A stretch of 64,000 nucleotides of DNA from contig OX597819.1 of NCBI GenBank assembly GCA_951406725.2, forward strand, positions 66,898,001-66,962,000, given 5' to 3'. The notes below the pieces were generated by a model. The model was not told the origin of the DNA. It ran no database searches and saw only the letters and a list, made by a program, of their open reading frames with translations. Of this stretch, positions 1 to 10,310 are shown piece after piece. Numbering within the stretch: the first letter of the stretch is position 1; each line of letters begins with the position of its first letter. This stretch comes from Octopus vulgaris (Eukaryota). A program made the position numbers and the translations under genes.

Positions 1-185
1 ACATGAAATGTATTTTACTGTATTGTAGATACTCTTTATTAGTGTAGATTTTCTTGATCATTCTACAACTGAGAAGTTATAAACGACAAAAGAATTGGAA
101 ATGATTCAATTCATTATATTACTACATTAGTAACCATGAACAATTGTGAACTCAAATGAACCAGCACCATCAATTAATAAAAAAT

Positions 186-408
186 GTGGTGAGCTGGCGA
201 AATGTTTAGCGCGTCGCACTTAATTATGATCGTTGAGAAGTCCGTCTTCACATACTTATTCCAATCCGCTGAGGTCAAGTTTGCCCTTCATTCTTTCGGA
301 GTCGATGAAATAAATACCAGTTGTATACTGAGGTCATTGTAATCGCCCTGGCCCTCCCTACTCAAACTAATAAAAAAACCTTCGGCGTTGTGCGTTTTGT
401 AGAAATGT
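186..408 (+). mobile_element. tRNA-derived SINE, family A (degenerate copy)
   Basis: Head GTGAGCTGGCGAAATGTTTAGC and central GAGGTCAAGTTTGCCCTTCATTCTTTCGGAGTCGATGAAATAAATACCAG match the other family A copies (898, 21910, 51737). Confidence 0.75.
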
Positions 409-427
409 TAGAAAATATGATTACATG

Positions 428-600
428 GAGAGCTGACAAAATCTTTTGCACGCCGTACAAAATTCTGAGAGGAATTTCCGCCGGCTTTTTACGTTCTGAA
501 GGGAAATTCTGCCGAGGTCATCATTATCTTTCATCTTTTATGAGTCAATTAATTAATGAACCAGTCAAGCTCTTTTGTTGATGTAATTGGGTAACCCACA
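428..600 (+). mobile_element. SINE family A, highly degenerate copy
   Basis: GAGCTGACAAAATC..TTACGTTCTGA..AAATTCTGCCGAGGTC..CTTTCATC, in the same order as in family A. Confidence 0.6.
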
Positions 601-686
601 ACTTAACGTTTCTGTTCTATTGCCAAAGTTAAAAACGATCATTATATGCTACAGCATTAGTGTTATTATAATATGATAGCATATTG

Positions 687-865
687 CTTTCAAATTTTGG
701 CAGAAGGAGAGCAATTTCGAGACAGATGTATGTCGATTAGATTTTGTGCATGGACACCGAAATGACGAAATGGAAAATCAATTTTGACGGAATTTGAAAT
801 CAGAACATAAAGACGGAATGCCATGAAGTCTTTTTTTCCTCGGCGCGTTAGCAATTCTGCCAGCA
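687..865 (-). mobile_element. SINE family A, internally deleted copy
   Basis: The reverse complement of GGCGCGTTAGCAATTCTGCCAGC (head) and GGAATTTGAAATCAGAAC (B-box region) matches family A. Confidence 0.7.
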
Positions 866-897
866 ATTCTTATATATATTTTTATATTTTAATGTAA

Positions 898-1100
898 AGC
901 GGTGAGCTGGCAGAGTTGTTAGCACGAAGGACGAAATGCTTAGCGGTACTTCGCCCGTCTCTACGTTCTAAGTTCAAAAGTCGACTTTCTTCATTCAGGC
1001 GTCGATAAATTAAGTACCAGTGGAACACTGGTATCGTTGTAATGGACTTTTATCCTCCCCCACAATTTCAGGCCTTGTGCCTATAGTAGAAAGGATTATT
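898..1100 (+). mobile_element. SINE family A, near full length, tail type 1
   Basis: GCGGTGAGCTGGCAGAGTTGTTAGC (A-box-like), GTTCAAA (B-box-like), GTCGATAAATTAAGTACCAG core, tail GGCCTTGTGCCTATAGTAGAAAGGATTATT. Confidence 0.85.
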
Positions 1101-1774
1101 ATATTGTAATGTGCAATTTGGTGTTGGAATATTGAGAACTCAACTTCGAGGAAATGAATTTACGATGTTTTGCTACAGAAGCTATACATTTCCAGCCGAA
1201 TTCCTACTGAAAATAACTTTGTCTTTTAGTCAAACGGTAAAGAAAAGAACTTCTCCAGAAAGCTCCTTGTCTAAATGGACGCTGCTATTCACTCTATTAT
1301 TCTTGCTTCTCCCTTATATTTATGTTTAGACATCCTCTTCTGTATTTATTCATAGAGTTGTACTCTTTCATTTCTATCCCTATCTCTAACTCTATTAAAT
1401 CACACTTTGTTTCTCTTTTATTTTCTAGTGTTTCTAACATGTTTAGGGATGCTGTACTATTCCTAGCGTGCACACAAGGGGATATAACTCGTCAGGAAAT
1501 GCCATGGGTGAGCACACTTTTTCTTATCCACAAAATAATATGTAAAGTTAGATTTGCTTCTTCTCTTATAGTCTGCCTAAAGGAAACTTAGAAGTAGATG
1601 AGGTTTTCAACAGACGTTTCTGATAATCGCAATTCTACGACCTGGCGATAAAATGGCAGCGGTGTTAGTTTCAAATGATTCAGTCAGTATACAAAATTAT
1701 TAAACTTTATTTCATATATTCTATGCTCTTTCTTGAATTATGAACATTACCCATTTACCTCCCCATATGAATAT

Positions 1775-1838
1775 GTGCGTGTGTGTGTACGTAAAAATAT
1801 ACATATATATATATACATACACACATATATGTATTTAA

Positions 1839-1913
<75 letters not shown>

Positions 1914-2015
1914 TATGTATGTATATATATATGTGTGTGTGTGTGCGTGTGTATGTTTATGCAGATATCTGTGTACGTATTCACACACACACACATACAC
2001 ACATATCTATATATG
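1775..2015. repeat. Compound (TA)n/(TG)n/(CA)n microsatellite
   Basis: Directly visible dinucleotide runs. Confidence 0.95.
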
Positions 2016-2914
2016 AAAACTCAGCACTTTGCAATAGTTGTGCTTTCACTTATTGTGTTTACTCGGGGCTCCAAGGAATAGAAAGACGCAATCGACAGTG
2101 AAGTGCATCAGTCAGAGAAATATTTCGATGAACGAGTTAAGTGAATTCATTCAACCGGGAACCAGAGATGCAATACATTCTTGTCTCATAAAATATCTTA
2201 GGAAAATGATGATAAATGTTTCTTTAGGTGGAGAAACTATCGCTATAAATGTAGTTAATAGTTTGATCTCTCTTCACGAATTACAGAATAATGTGCAATG
2301 ATTTTTAGAAGAAACGCAAAACCGTTGTTTAAACTTTCTTATCAATTTTAGGGAATTCTTACTCGTAACGAACATATTCGTAAAGCAAGAATATGGTTAA
2401 GATATTTCCTCTTCGATCGCTCAGATCCAGATTCGATTTCACTACGCAACACTTTCGGAAATGGTGTTTACACTTCACGAAATATATTCATGATATTATT
2501 CGTATCAATTAATATGATTTGCACAGCTTTACACAGATTCTAAGAGGATATGACCTCGATTATAAGCACCACGTATACTGTCACTATTAATTCCATTGAT
2601 ATGTCTTGTTCCATCACGGGTTCCCAACCTAAGCTTTATTTGTGCAAATCTTGCACAATGATCGAAACCCGAATGATGTATGGTATCTGTTTGTGATTAG
2701 ATTTAACCACTGTTCTGTTTAATTTCACGACTTGATCTGTAATTTCCTTCAATAGAGTCTATTCTTACGTAGGAATTTGTTTTAGGTACGGTGGTTAACC
2801 CATGAATCATTCTTTTCTCCAAGTTGTAACCATGTACCACCAGCTTCAAGTGAAAGATCGCCGCTAAATCTTCCTTCAGCATTCAATAAATATAAATAAT
2901 AAACTTTTTAACTT

Positions 2915-3082
2915 TTTCGGCTTCGATAAAATAAGTACCAGTTTAGCCCTTGGGTTGATGTAATCGACTTACAAACTCCCATAAAGTACCAGTTAAGTTA
3001 AGTACTAGTTCAGCACTGGGGTTGATTTAATCGACTTACAAATTGCCATAAAATTGCTGTTCTTGGGCTTACATTTGAAACC
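2915..3082 (+). mobile_element. SINE family A 3' half with an internal tandem duplication
   Basis: AAGTACCAGTT..GGGTTGATGTAATCGACTTACAAA occurs twice (about 2933-2975 and 3000-3042). Confidence 0.65.
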
Positions 3083-3099
3083 GTGGTAAATAGTAACAG

Positions 3100-3850
3100 C
3101 GCATAAAATTTTGAAATAATCGACCACATATTTTTCTGGAAACTGTGCAATCATATGAAGCGCTTCTAGATTCTATGTCAAGTTCTGTTAACTGCCAAAG
3201 AGTAAATCAGTTGCATCAGTCTACACTATCAATATAAATAATCTGCAAGCATTATTCTATAAAGTCCAACAAAAATGTCTATAAGAATATATGTGGTTGA
3301 TATACAAATGGTGATATTTTCTCGGAAGTTTTGTGAATTTGTTTAAAGTTAGGACAATTTTATCATCATCGTTATAAAGCCTTATAATTCATGAGAAGTG
3401 TCTTTATTCGAATATTAGCATAATCAGCCATAAACCATAACAGCTGACAAAATAAATTCTCAGCATGACTTGTGTAGCTGTCTTTCGGCAACAAATTCTT
3501 GGATTGAATAATCTCATATCTCCGTTTTTCATGAAAATGAAATAGAACTTCATGGAGGTTATCTTGCTGTTTCAAGAAAGCAAAGTTAAAACATCCAGGC
3601 ATTTGGTCTGTGGTTGCGATGATATTGCTGCTGTTTAGCTCAAGGTTATCAATCAAAATACATTATGCTCAAAAATATTTCTGCTTTCGCGGCCATCACG
3701 TCAGTTTCTAAATCCAGGCCTATGTCGACCAAATCTTGCGTCCATTTTTTAGTCTTTCGAATGTGACATTAAGCATCATCGTCTATATTATTTTTACGTT
3801 ACCCTTGCTGCTCTTGTTAGTTACTTCTCGGCCTCATCATGCAGACTTAT
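3100..3850 (-). mobile_element. Possible highly decayed hAT-type transposase remnant
   Basis: Minus-strand peptides GLDLETDV, NIIATTD and SYTSHAENLFCQ weakly recall the hAT TTDGA and CxAHxLNL motifs; many stops. Confidence 0.25.
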
Positions 3851-4709
3851 GACAATTTTTTTTTATTTCTAAGCATCATGTATTTTGATGCCATTTAATG
3901 TATGTGATGTTGGGATTTGGCATTGCTCTTAACGCTTAAGGTATCTCAATTGATAATATAAAGTATTGGTTCTATACCGGAAGCGATTCTTCAATGTTCC
4001 TCTTCATTTCTCCTTTCCCTCTTCCTCCTGCTCCTCCCCTTCCCCCTCCTTTTCTCCTCTTCTCACTCCTATTTCGTCTCTCCCTCGCCTTCGTCATTCT
4101 CATCCCCTTAAACCGCCTTCATTTTTCTATTCTCAACCCTCAATTCCGTCTTCGTTGTCGTTTTCTCTCTTTCTCACTATACTTCTTTACACAGTGGTAA
4201 AAAATCGCCAGTGTGCCTAGAGAGGGATAAGTTTTGGTAGATTTGAAACTGCTATTATGCACGAAGGATCACTTGCGAACCCATCGAGAGTTTAGGATTC
4301 AAAAATAGGGGTTGGGTTGAAATTTTCCGCTATAAACAAATTTGAATACTTATTTCAAGCCAAGCAACCAGTCAGAGACTTTTTAGGTAATAGTGTTTGA
4401 TAAGTTTGCAGTTTTCTTGCCGAGGTTGTTTTCGTTTTGTCCCGAGAGCCATTCTGATTAAAGAGGCATAAGATCTAAGTCAATCTATCCTTGACCCTCT
4501 ACCCTTATTTAAAGATATCTAACATTAATTATTTAATGTTTCCTTTTTGAAGACGTTGATGGATTTTTCAGTGAGCTTCAGACGATATCTCTTCGCTGTT
4601 TTGACTCCGGTGGTCGTAAAATTTAATGGAAAACCCTTCATCGATGAAAACACATTCTACGTGAAACGACAGGCAGCTGAGATATTTAAGAGACTGCCTC
4701 TAAATCTTG

Positions 4710-4724
4710 TACTACTACTACTAC

Positions 4725-4760
<36 letters not shown>

Positions 4761-5060
4761 GAGGAGGAGGAGGAGGAGGAGGAGGTGCAGCAGCAGTAGT
4801 ATCATCATCTTCATCATAATCATCATCATCATCATCAGAGCAGCAGCAGTAGTTGTAGTGGTAGTTGCTGTAGATGTGGCAGCGAAGTAGGTTGTGGGAG
4901 TGGTGGTTCCAGGAGTGTCGGTGGTGGTGGTGGTGGTGGTGCTGGTGTTGGTGCTGATCCGGTGGCGGTGGCAGTGATGATGGTGGCAGAGGTGGTGGTA
5001 GTAGCAGAAGTTGGGGGTAGCTGAGGCGGTAGTGGTGTTTATTATTGTTGTTGTTATTTT
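4710..5060. repeat. Compound trinucleotide tract (CTA/GTA/GGA/TCA/GGT)
   Basis: Directly visible. Confidence 0.9.
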
Positions 5061-5223
5061 AGTAATGAACCCTTTTGTTGCTGATTTGTACTTGTTTTTC
5101 TTTTGATATTTTTGTTGAAACTTAACAATGCGTGATTAAAAAAGGAAACAATGAAAGAAACTCCACTGTATACAACAATGTAGTCCCGAATTCACCCTTC
5201 CTTCATTTAGATGTATTATTATA

Positions 5224-6096
5224 GTTGGGTTCCTGCAGAAGATCCGGTTACTTAATTTGGTGGCCAATTTCTGGGTTAGCAATAAAAAGTTTTACGCTGA
5301 CATTTTACCTGCTTGAAATATTCTTTTCAGATATATACAAAAGGCCTGAAAATTTTCGAGAGAGTTCTCGTCGATTACTTGGATCCGAGTGTTCACCAGA
5401 TACTTATTTTACTGAATTCGTGGCATGTGAATTGAAAAAAATAAAGGCAGACAAAACGCTGCTAAGCATTTTGTCTGTTATACTTACGCGCCGCCTGCTT
5501 CAATTATCAGCCAAACCTTGTTCAAGTTACGCATATCTTTAAGTCATAAATTCCAGTTCTACTAGAAATAAAATGACTGTTAAATACCATACTAGTTATA
5601 ATCACGGACATAAAACATGTTTATGTGAACGTCAGGTGATAATTTTTAATAGTTTTATTAGAATGGTTGCATGACAAGTATTGATTATAACTAGTATAGT
5701 ATTTGACGGTCAGTTTATTTCTGGTAGACCTGGAATTGGTGACTTAAATATAAGTGTGACTGAACATGGTTTCGCTGATATTTCAAGTAGGCGTCTCGTT
5801 GGCAGAATCGTTAGTATAACGGAGAAAATGCTTAGCAGCATTTTGTCCGCCTTTACTTTTCTGAATTCCCATGCCTCCGAGGTAAAATTTACTTTCAATC
5901 CCTTCGAATTCTGTAAAATAAATATCAGATGAACACTCGGTTCGAAGTAATCGATTAATCCTCCCCACAATATTTTCAGGCCGTGTGTGTATATTTGAAA
6001 AGAATATTTCAAGCAGGTAAAATGTGTGCGTACAAATTTTCATGGCTAACCAGGAATTTGGCCTTCAAAATAAGTATCCGGATCTTCAGAAGCAAC
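5224..6096. repeat. Long imperfect inverted repeat: arms about 5224-5604 and 5682-6096, spacer about 77 nt
   Basis: TTTTACCTGCTTGAAATATTCTTTTCA (5303) is the reverse complement of TGAAAAGAATATTTCAAGCAGGTAAAA (about 5996); ATACTAGTTATAATCA pairs with TGATTATAACTAGTAT at the centre. ORFs 5225+ and 5710-/5783- give similar peptides. Confidence 0.9.
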
Positions 6097-6149
6097 ACGA
6101 GTTATAACAGCACAACAACGAAATCAAAACCAGTAGTACTAACAGACAG

Positions 6150-6294
6150 ATTGTGATAAATAGTTTGCTTACCAATCACTTGGTCCCGCGTTCTGTCCCA
6201 CAGCGTGGTACATTGGGCAAGTGACTTCTACTACAGCCTCGGCCGACCAAAGCCTTGTGAGTGGTTCTGATAGACAGAAACTGAAAGAAGCCCG

Positions 6295-6363
<69 letters not shown>

Positions 6364-6575
6364 CGTGTGTGTCTGTGCGTGAGTTTGTGTTTGTCCCCAT
6401 CATCGTTTCAAAAACTGGTGTCTTTTTACGTTCCCGTAAACTAGCGGTTTGTCAAAAGAAACCGATAGAATAAGTACTAGGCTTATAAAGATTAAGTCCT
6501 GGGGTCGATTTGTTCGACTAAAAGGCGGTGCTCCAGCATGGCCGCAATTAAATGACCGAAACAAATAAAAATAAA
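6150..6575 (+). mobile_element. tRNA-derived SINE, family B, with internal (TA)n(TG)n
   Basis: CCCACAGCGTGG..TTGGGCAAGTG..GGCCGACCAAAGCCTTGTGAGTGG..GAAACTGAAAGAAGCCCGTC, microsatellite, then ..CGACTAAAAGGCGGTGCTCCAGCATGGCCGCA; repeated elsewhere in the window. Confidence 0.9.
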
Positions 6576-6642
6576 TACGAACAGCTTAACGAACCTCTCA
6601 AGAAATCTTGTCCTTGACATACCAACTGTGATTCTCAAATAA

Positions 6643-6786
6643 TGGACATAAAACACGTTTATGTGAACGCTAGGTGATAATTTTTACTAGTTTTATTAGA
6701 ATCTTTGCATAACAAGTATTAATTATTACTAGTATGGTGTTTAACGGTCAGTTTATTTCTGGTAGACCTGGAATTGATTATTTAAA
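6643..6786 (+). repeat. Direct copy of 5605-5750 (spacer plus start of the right arm of the inverted repeat)
   Basis: GGACATAAAACA(T/C)GTTTATGTGAACG..ACGGTCAGTTTATTTCTGGTAGACCTGGAATTG is shared. Confidence 0.9.
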
Positions 6787-8211
6787 GCTATGTATTTTAA
6801 AAAATATGTCACACTTGCTGCTAATATGACGCTGATGAAAAAGAAGCACAACTTTAAGGAAAACTGTATAATTATCTTAGAACTCTGAAGATGATTAGCT
6901 TTTGGAACACGGAAGGATAACTAGCTCACTTGATACCGAGGGATTTAATATCAGGGTGTTCACCCACATAATTTCTCATTTAAAATGCCTCAAATAAAGC
7001 AAAAAAAGGGGGAAATAAATACTCAAATTTTAAATGGTGCAAAATAAAGCAAAACCTTTAAGTGAGTCGATCATCGTAATCTATACCATTTTGACTTTTT
7101 CTTCTTTTATTGTTTTTTACATTTTTTTTTAATATTCTCGCCAAAAAATGGATGTGAGTGGGCATTGCTGATTGAATCAATTTCTAATATTAATACCAGT
7201 ATTAAAATTTATCGACTCTAAAATAATGGAAGGCGATATAAATTTTATTCCTGCAAAATTTGCGCTGAGAACGTTAAGTGGGTAAGTGAAAGCAGCAAGT
7301 AATTTTGTCCGAAGCATTCATATTTTTGCCAAACACACACTTAAGTAGCAATAGTATCATGGAACATAGGTACTTGGAGCATAACACCACAAACACTGAT
7401 ACTATTTTTAAGTATATAGTTGTAAAACAGTAACGGTTTTAGGAACAATACCAGCATCAGGCTTCTGTACATACAATAGTACCATAAAAGTAAGTTGATG
7501 ATGTAAAATCATCAATATATAGTTTTTTTATTTAAACTTTTTCCTCCCATTTCAATACTTCCAAATCATCAATTAATACCAGCAATTATTTTTAATTTCC
7601 TTTTATATGTTTCCGTTAATGGCTATATTTTTCTTCTCGAAATTTTTCAATGCGTTCCAGGTCACAAAATAATATTCACTACATGCATAGAAATAAAGAA
7701 AAATCGAGAAATTGTTCCATGGAAATTCGCCAAATGGATTTACAGTAATTATAAGAAATATTTTTGGAGTTCTATTGTTTAATGTTTTCAAACCTGACGC
7801 TAATTATATATTTTAATTGCTTTTCAATTATTGTTTGAGATGACAGTTCAAGACAAAGAAAGGAACTTAAAATGTCGATGCACCATCGATCATATGGACC
7901 AAGTGATTTATACAAAAATTGGAAAAAATATGCCGATCATACATAAACGCATTAAAATTGAAGAATATGGAGATATTAAAAATATAAAAGACTATAAAAA
8001 TCAATACGAAAATCATATTTTATTCCTAAATGTGTTTTGTTTACTTCCAGAACAATATCCGACCAAAATGGATGATAGTCTTCTACAAATGAAACGTACA
8101 CATACTTACACTCTCATGCACACAAACACACACGCATATTGGTGCATACATGCACACACACACACATACATATGAGTATATGTGTATATTGTATATATGA
8201 ATATATATTAT

Positions 8212-8622
8212 GGGCGTAGGGGTGACTGTGTGGTAAATACCTTGCTTACGAACAACATGGTTCCGGGTTTAGTCCCACTGCGTGGCACATTGGGCGTGTG
8301 TCTTCTAATATAGCCTTGGGCTGATCAAAGCCTTGTGAGTGTATTTTGTAGACGGAAACTGAAAGAAGCCCGTCGTATATAAATATATATATGTACGTGT
8401 GTGTATATGTTTGTGTATCTGTTTTTGTCCCCCCCCCCAACATCGCTTGACAACCGATGCTGGTGTGTTTACGTCCCCGTAACGTAGCGGTCCGGTAAAT
8501 GTGATCGATAGAATAAGTACGAGGCCTACAAAGAATAAGTCCTGGGGTCGATTTGCTCGACTAAAGGCGGTGTTCCAGCATGGCCACAGTCAAATGACTG
8601 AAACAAGTAAAAGAGTAAAAAA
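8212..8622 (+). mobile_element. SINE family B, full length
   Basis: Head GGCGTAGGGGTGACTGTGTGGTAA (A-box-like), GGTTTAGTCCC (B-box-like), tail GAAACAAGTAAAAGAGTAA. Confidence 0.9.
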
Positions 8623-8624
8623 GT

Positions 8625-8890
8625 AATATATATATATATTGTGTGTGTGTATGTATGTATATATATATATATATATATGTATGTATATATATATATGTAT
8701 GCATATATATATATGTATATATATATGCATATATATATGTATATATGTGTATATATGTATATATATATATATATATGTATTTATATATATATGCATATAT
8801 GTGTATATATGTCTATATATGTATGTTTATATATATATATATATATGTGTGTACATATATGTATGTGTATATATAAATGTTAAATATATA
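8625..8890. repeat. (TA)n-rich microsatellite immediately 5' of the LINE
   Basis: Directly visible. Confidence 0.95.
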
Positions 8891-8925
8891 TTGGTTGAAC
8901 TAGACAGACGTGCTTTTATTTCTCT
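8891..8925 (+). promoter_or_regulatory. Putative LINE internal Pol II promoter (downstream AGACGTG element)
   Basis: TTGGTTGAACTAGACAGACGTGC at the element's 5' boundary. AGACGTG-type downstream elements are known from the internal promoters of jockey/I-type LINEs. Confidence 0.4.
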
Positions 8926-9192
8926 CTCCCAAGTCAATAGCAAGCTACGCAGCTTCAAAACCTAACTGACCTTACATATATATATATTTGTAACCACGTG
9001 TTTGCCTACAAACCCGTAAGTACGTTTTATTTAACTACAAATTATTATATACACTTGTTTTTCTTTTAATATCTTCAAACAACCAAATAATCAAAAACTC
9101 ACACCCTTAAGAGAGAATATTTATATTTACATACACTTCTTTAACTCACAAGAAAGAATATATATATATCAAAAATCAAAAGAAAAACAAAC

Positions 9193-10310
9193 ATGACGAC
9201 TAACTTTCAGGCCTGCAACAGACGAAATTGGTCTGATAATGAAATTGATGTCTTAATTAACACTTGGTTCTCTCTTTCCCAAACAGAAAAATTAAATGCT
9301 TTATGTTTGAATGAGATTGCCGAAAAAGCATCGCAAATAATCAACACACGATCCGTCAAACAGATTCGTAGCAAACTGAAGCATATCGAAGTCTCTTTCA
9401 AACTAACTAAAAGCCATTTTGAAACACTTCTTTATATTTTCACTGTTCAAGAACAGCAACAGCTAGAAAATCAACAACAGCCACAACAACAACAACAACA
9501 ACAACAACAGAATGAGCCACTCCTAGTTCCCAGCACAATAGCTGACCCTAACATCGGTCAAGCACAACAACAACAACAACAGCCACAGCAACAACAACAA
9601 CAACAACAGCACTCCTAAACTCTAGCATACTAGATGATTCACTGAATGCCAGTATCTATTCACCGCTCTCACGGCAACCACCACAATTATCATCATCGTC
9701 ATCACCACCGCTGCCACAATCGTCTTCTATCATCAAAAAGACTACTAACAAAAAACCAAATAAGAAACCACTGCCCTCTTCCCCCACATCACCACCTCAA
9801 TACGACTGCAGTAACAAAAACCTAAAAAAACATATGAAGCAGAATGCGCCCCACACGGCACAAACAAGAAGCCCCAAAATATGCCGTTATTCACTGCGTC
9901 AGAGACTCTGCACAAATAGTGACTGCATCTTCACACATCTACCTGGCACTAGACGCAATACCGGCCAAGGCCAAAGCACGCATCCCCAAACAAGGAATCC
10001 CCAAATCTGCCGCTATTCCCAGCGAGACAGATTGTGTTTGCACAGGTTTTACCCCTTTACCCATCTCCCGGGGACTCGTCGGACAAATGACATTATAAAT
10101 AATAATAAAAGAAAAAAAAACTACGACTCATATAGAAATAACCACTCATATAAAAATAACCACAACCACAGTCACCTACAGTTCCCTAGACAGGAAACCT
10201 CTTCTTCCTCTTTTTTAGCTATAATGAATCTAGCAAAAGAACAGGAAAAAAACATCCGAGCTATCACCCACCACCACCCACCACTATTACCCCACTGCAC
10301 ATGCCATTAA
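9193..10310 (+). pseudogene. LINE ORF1 (about 372 aa after correcting a 1-nt deletion near 9610): Myb/SANT-like helix region, polyQ, Ser/Pro linker, two CCCH-like fingers
   Basis: ORF 9193-9618 and ORF 9834-10310 are joined by a stop-free frame from 9609. Motifs WSDNEIDVLINTW..RSVKQIRSKLK, CRYSLRQRLCTNSDCIFTH and CRYSQRDRLCLHRFYPFTH. Confidence 0.75.

Noticed and set aside
1733-2101. Numerous ORFs of [12 protein letters not shown], poly-I, poly-K/E, poly-S or poly-H type throughout the window
   Set aside because: They are translations of di- and trinucleotide microsatellites that lack stop codons, not genes.
5225-6043. Pairs of similar peptides on opposite strands (KADK.LLSI.SVILT) suggesting a gene family
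   Set aside because: A by-product of the inverted duplication of a SINE-containing segment; frames are not conserved.
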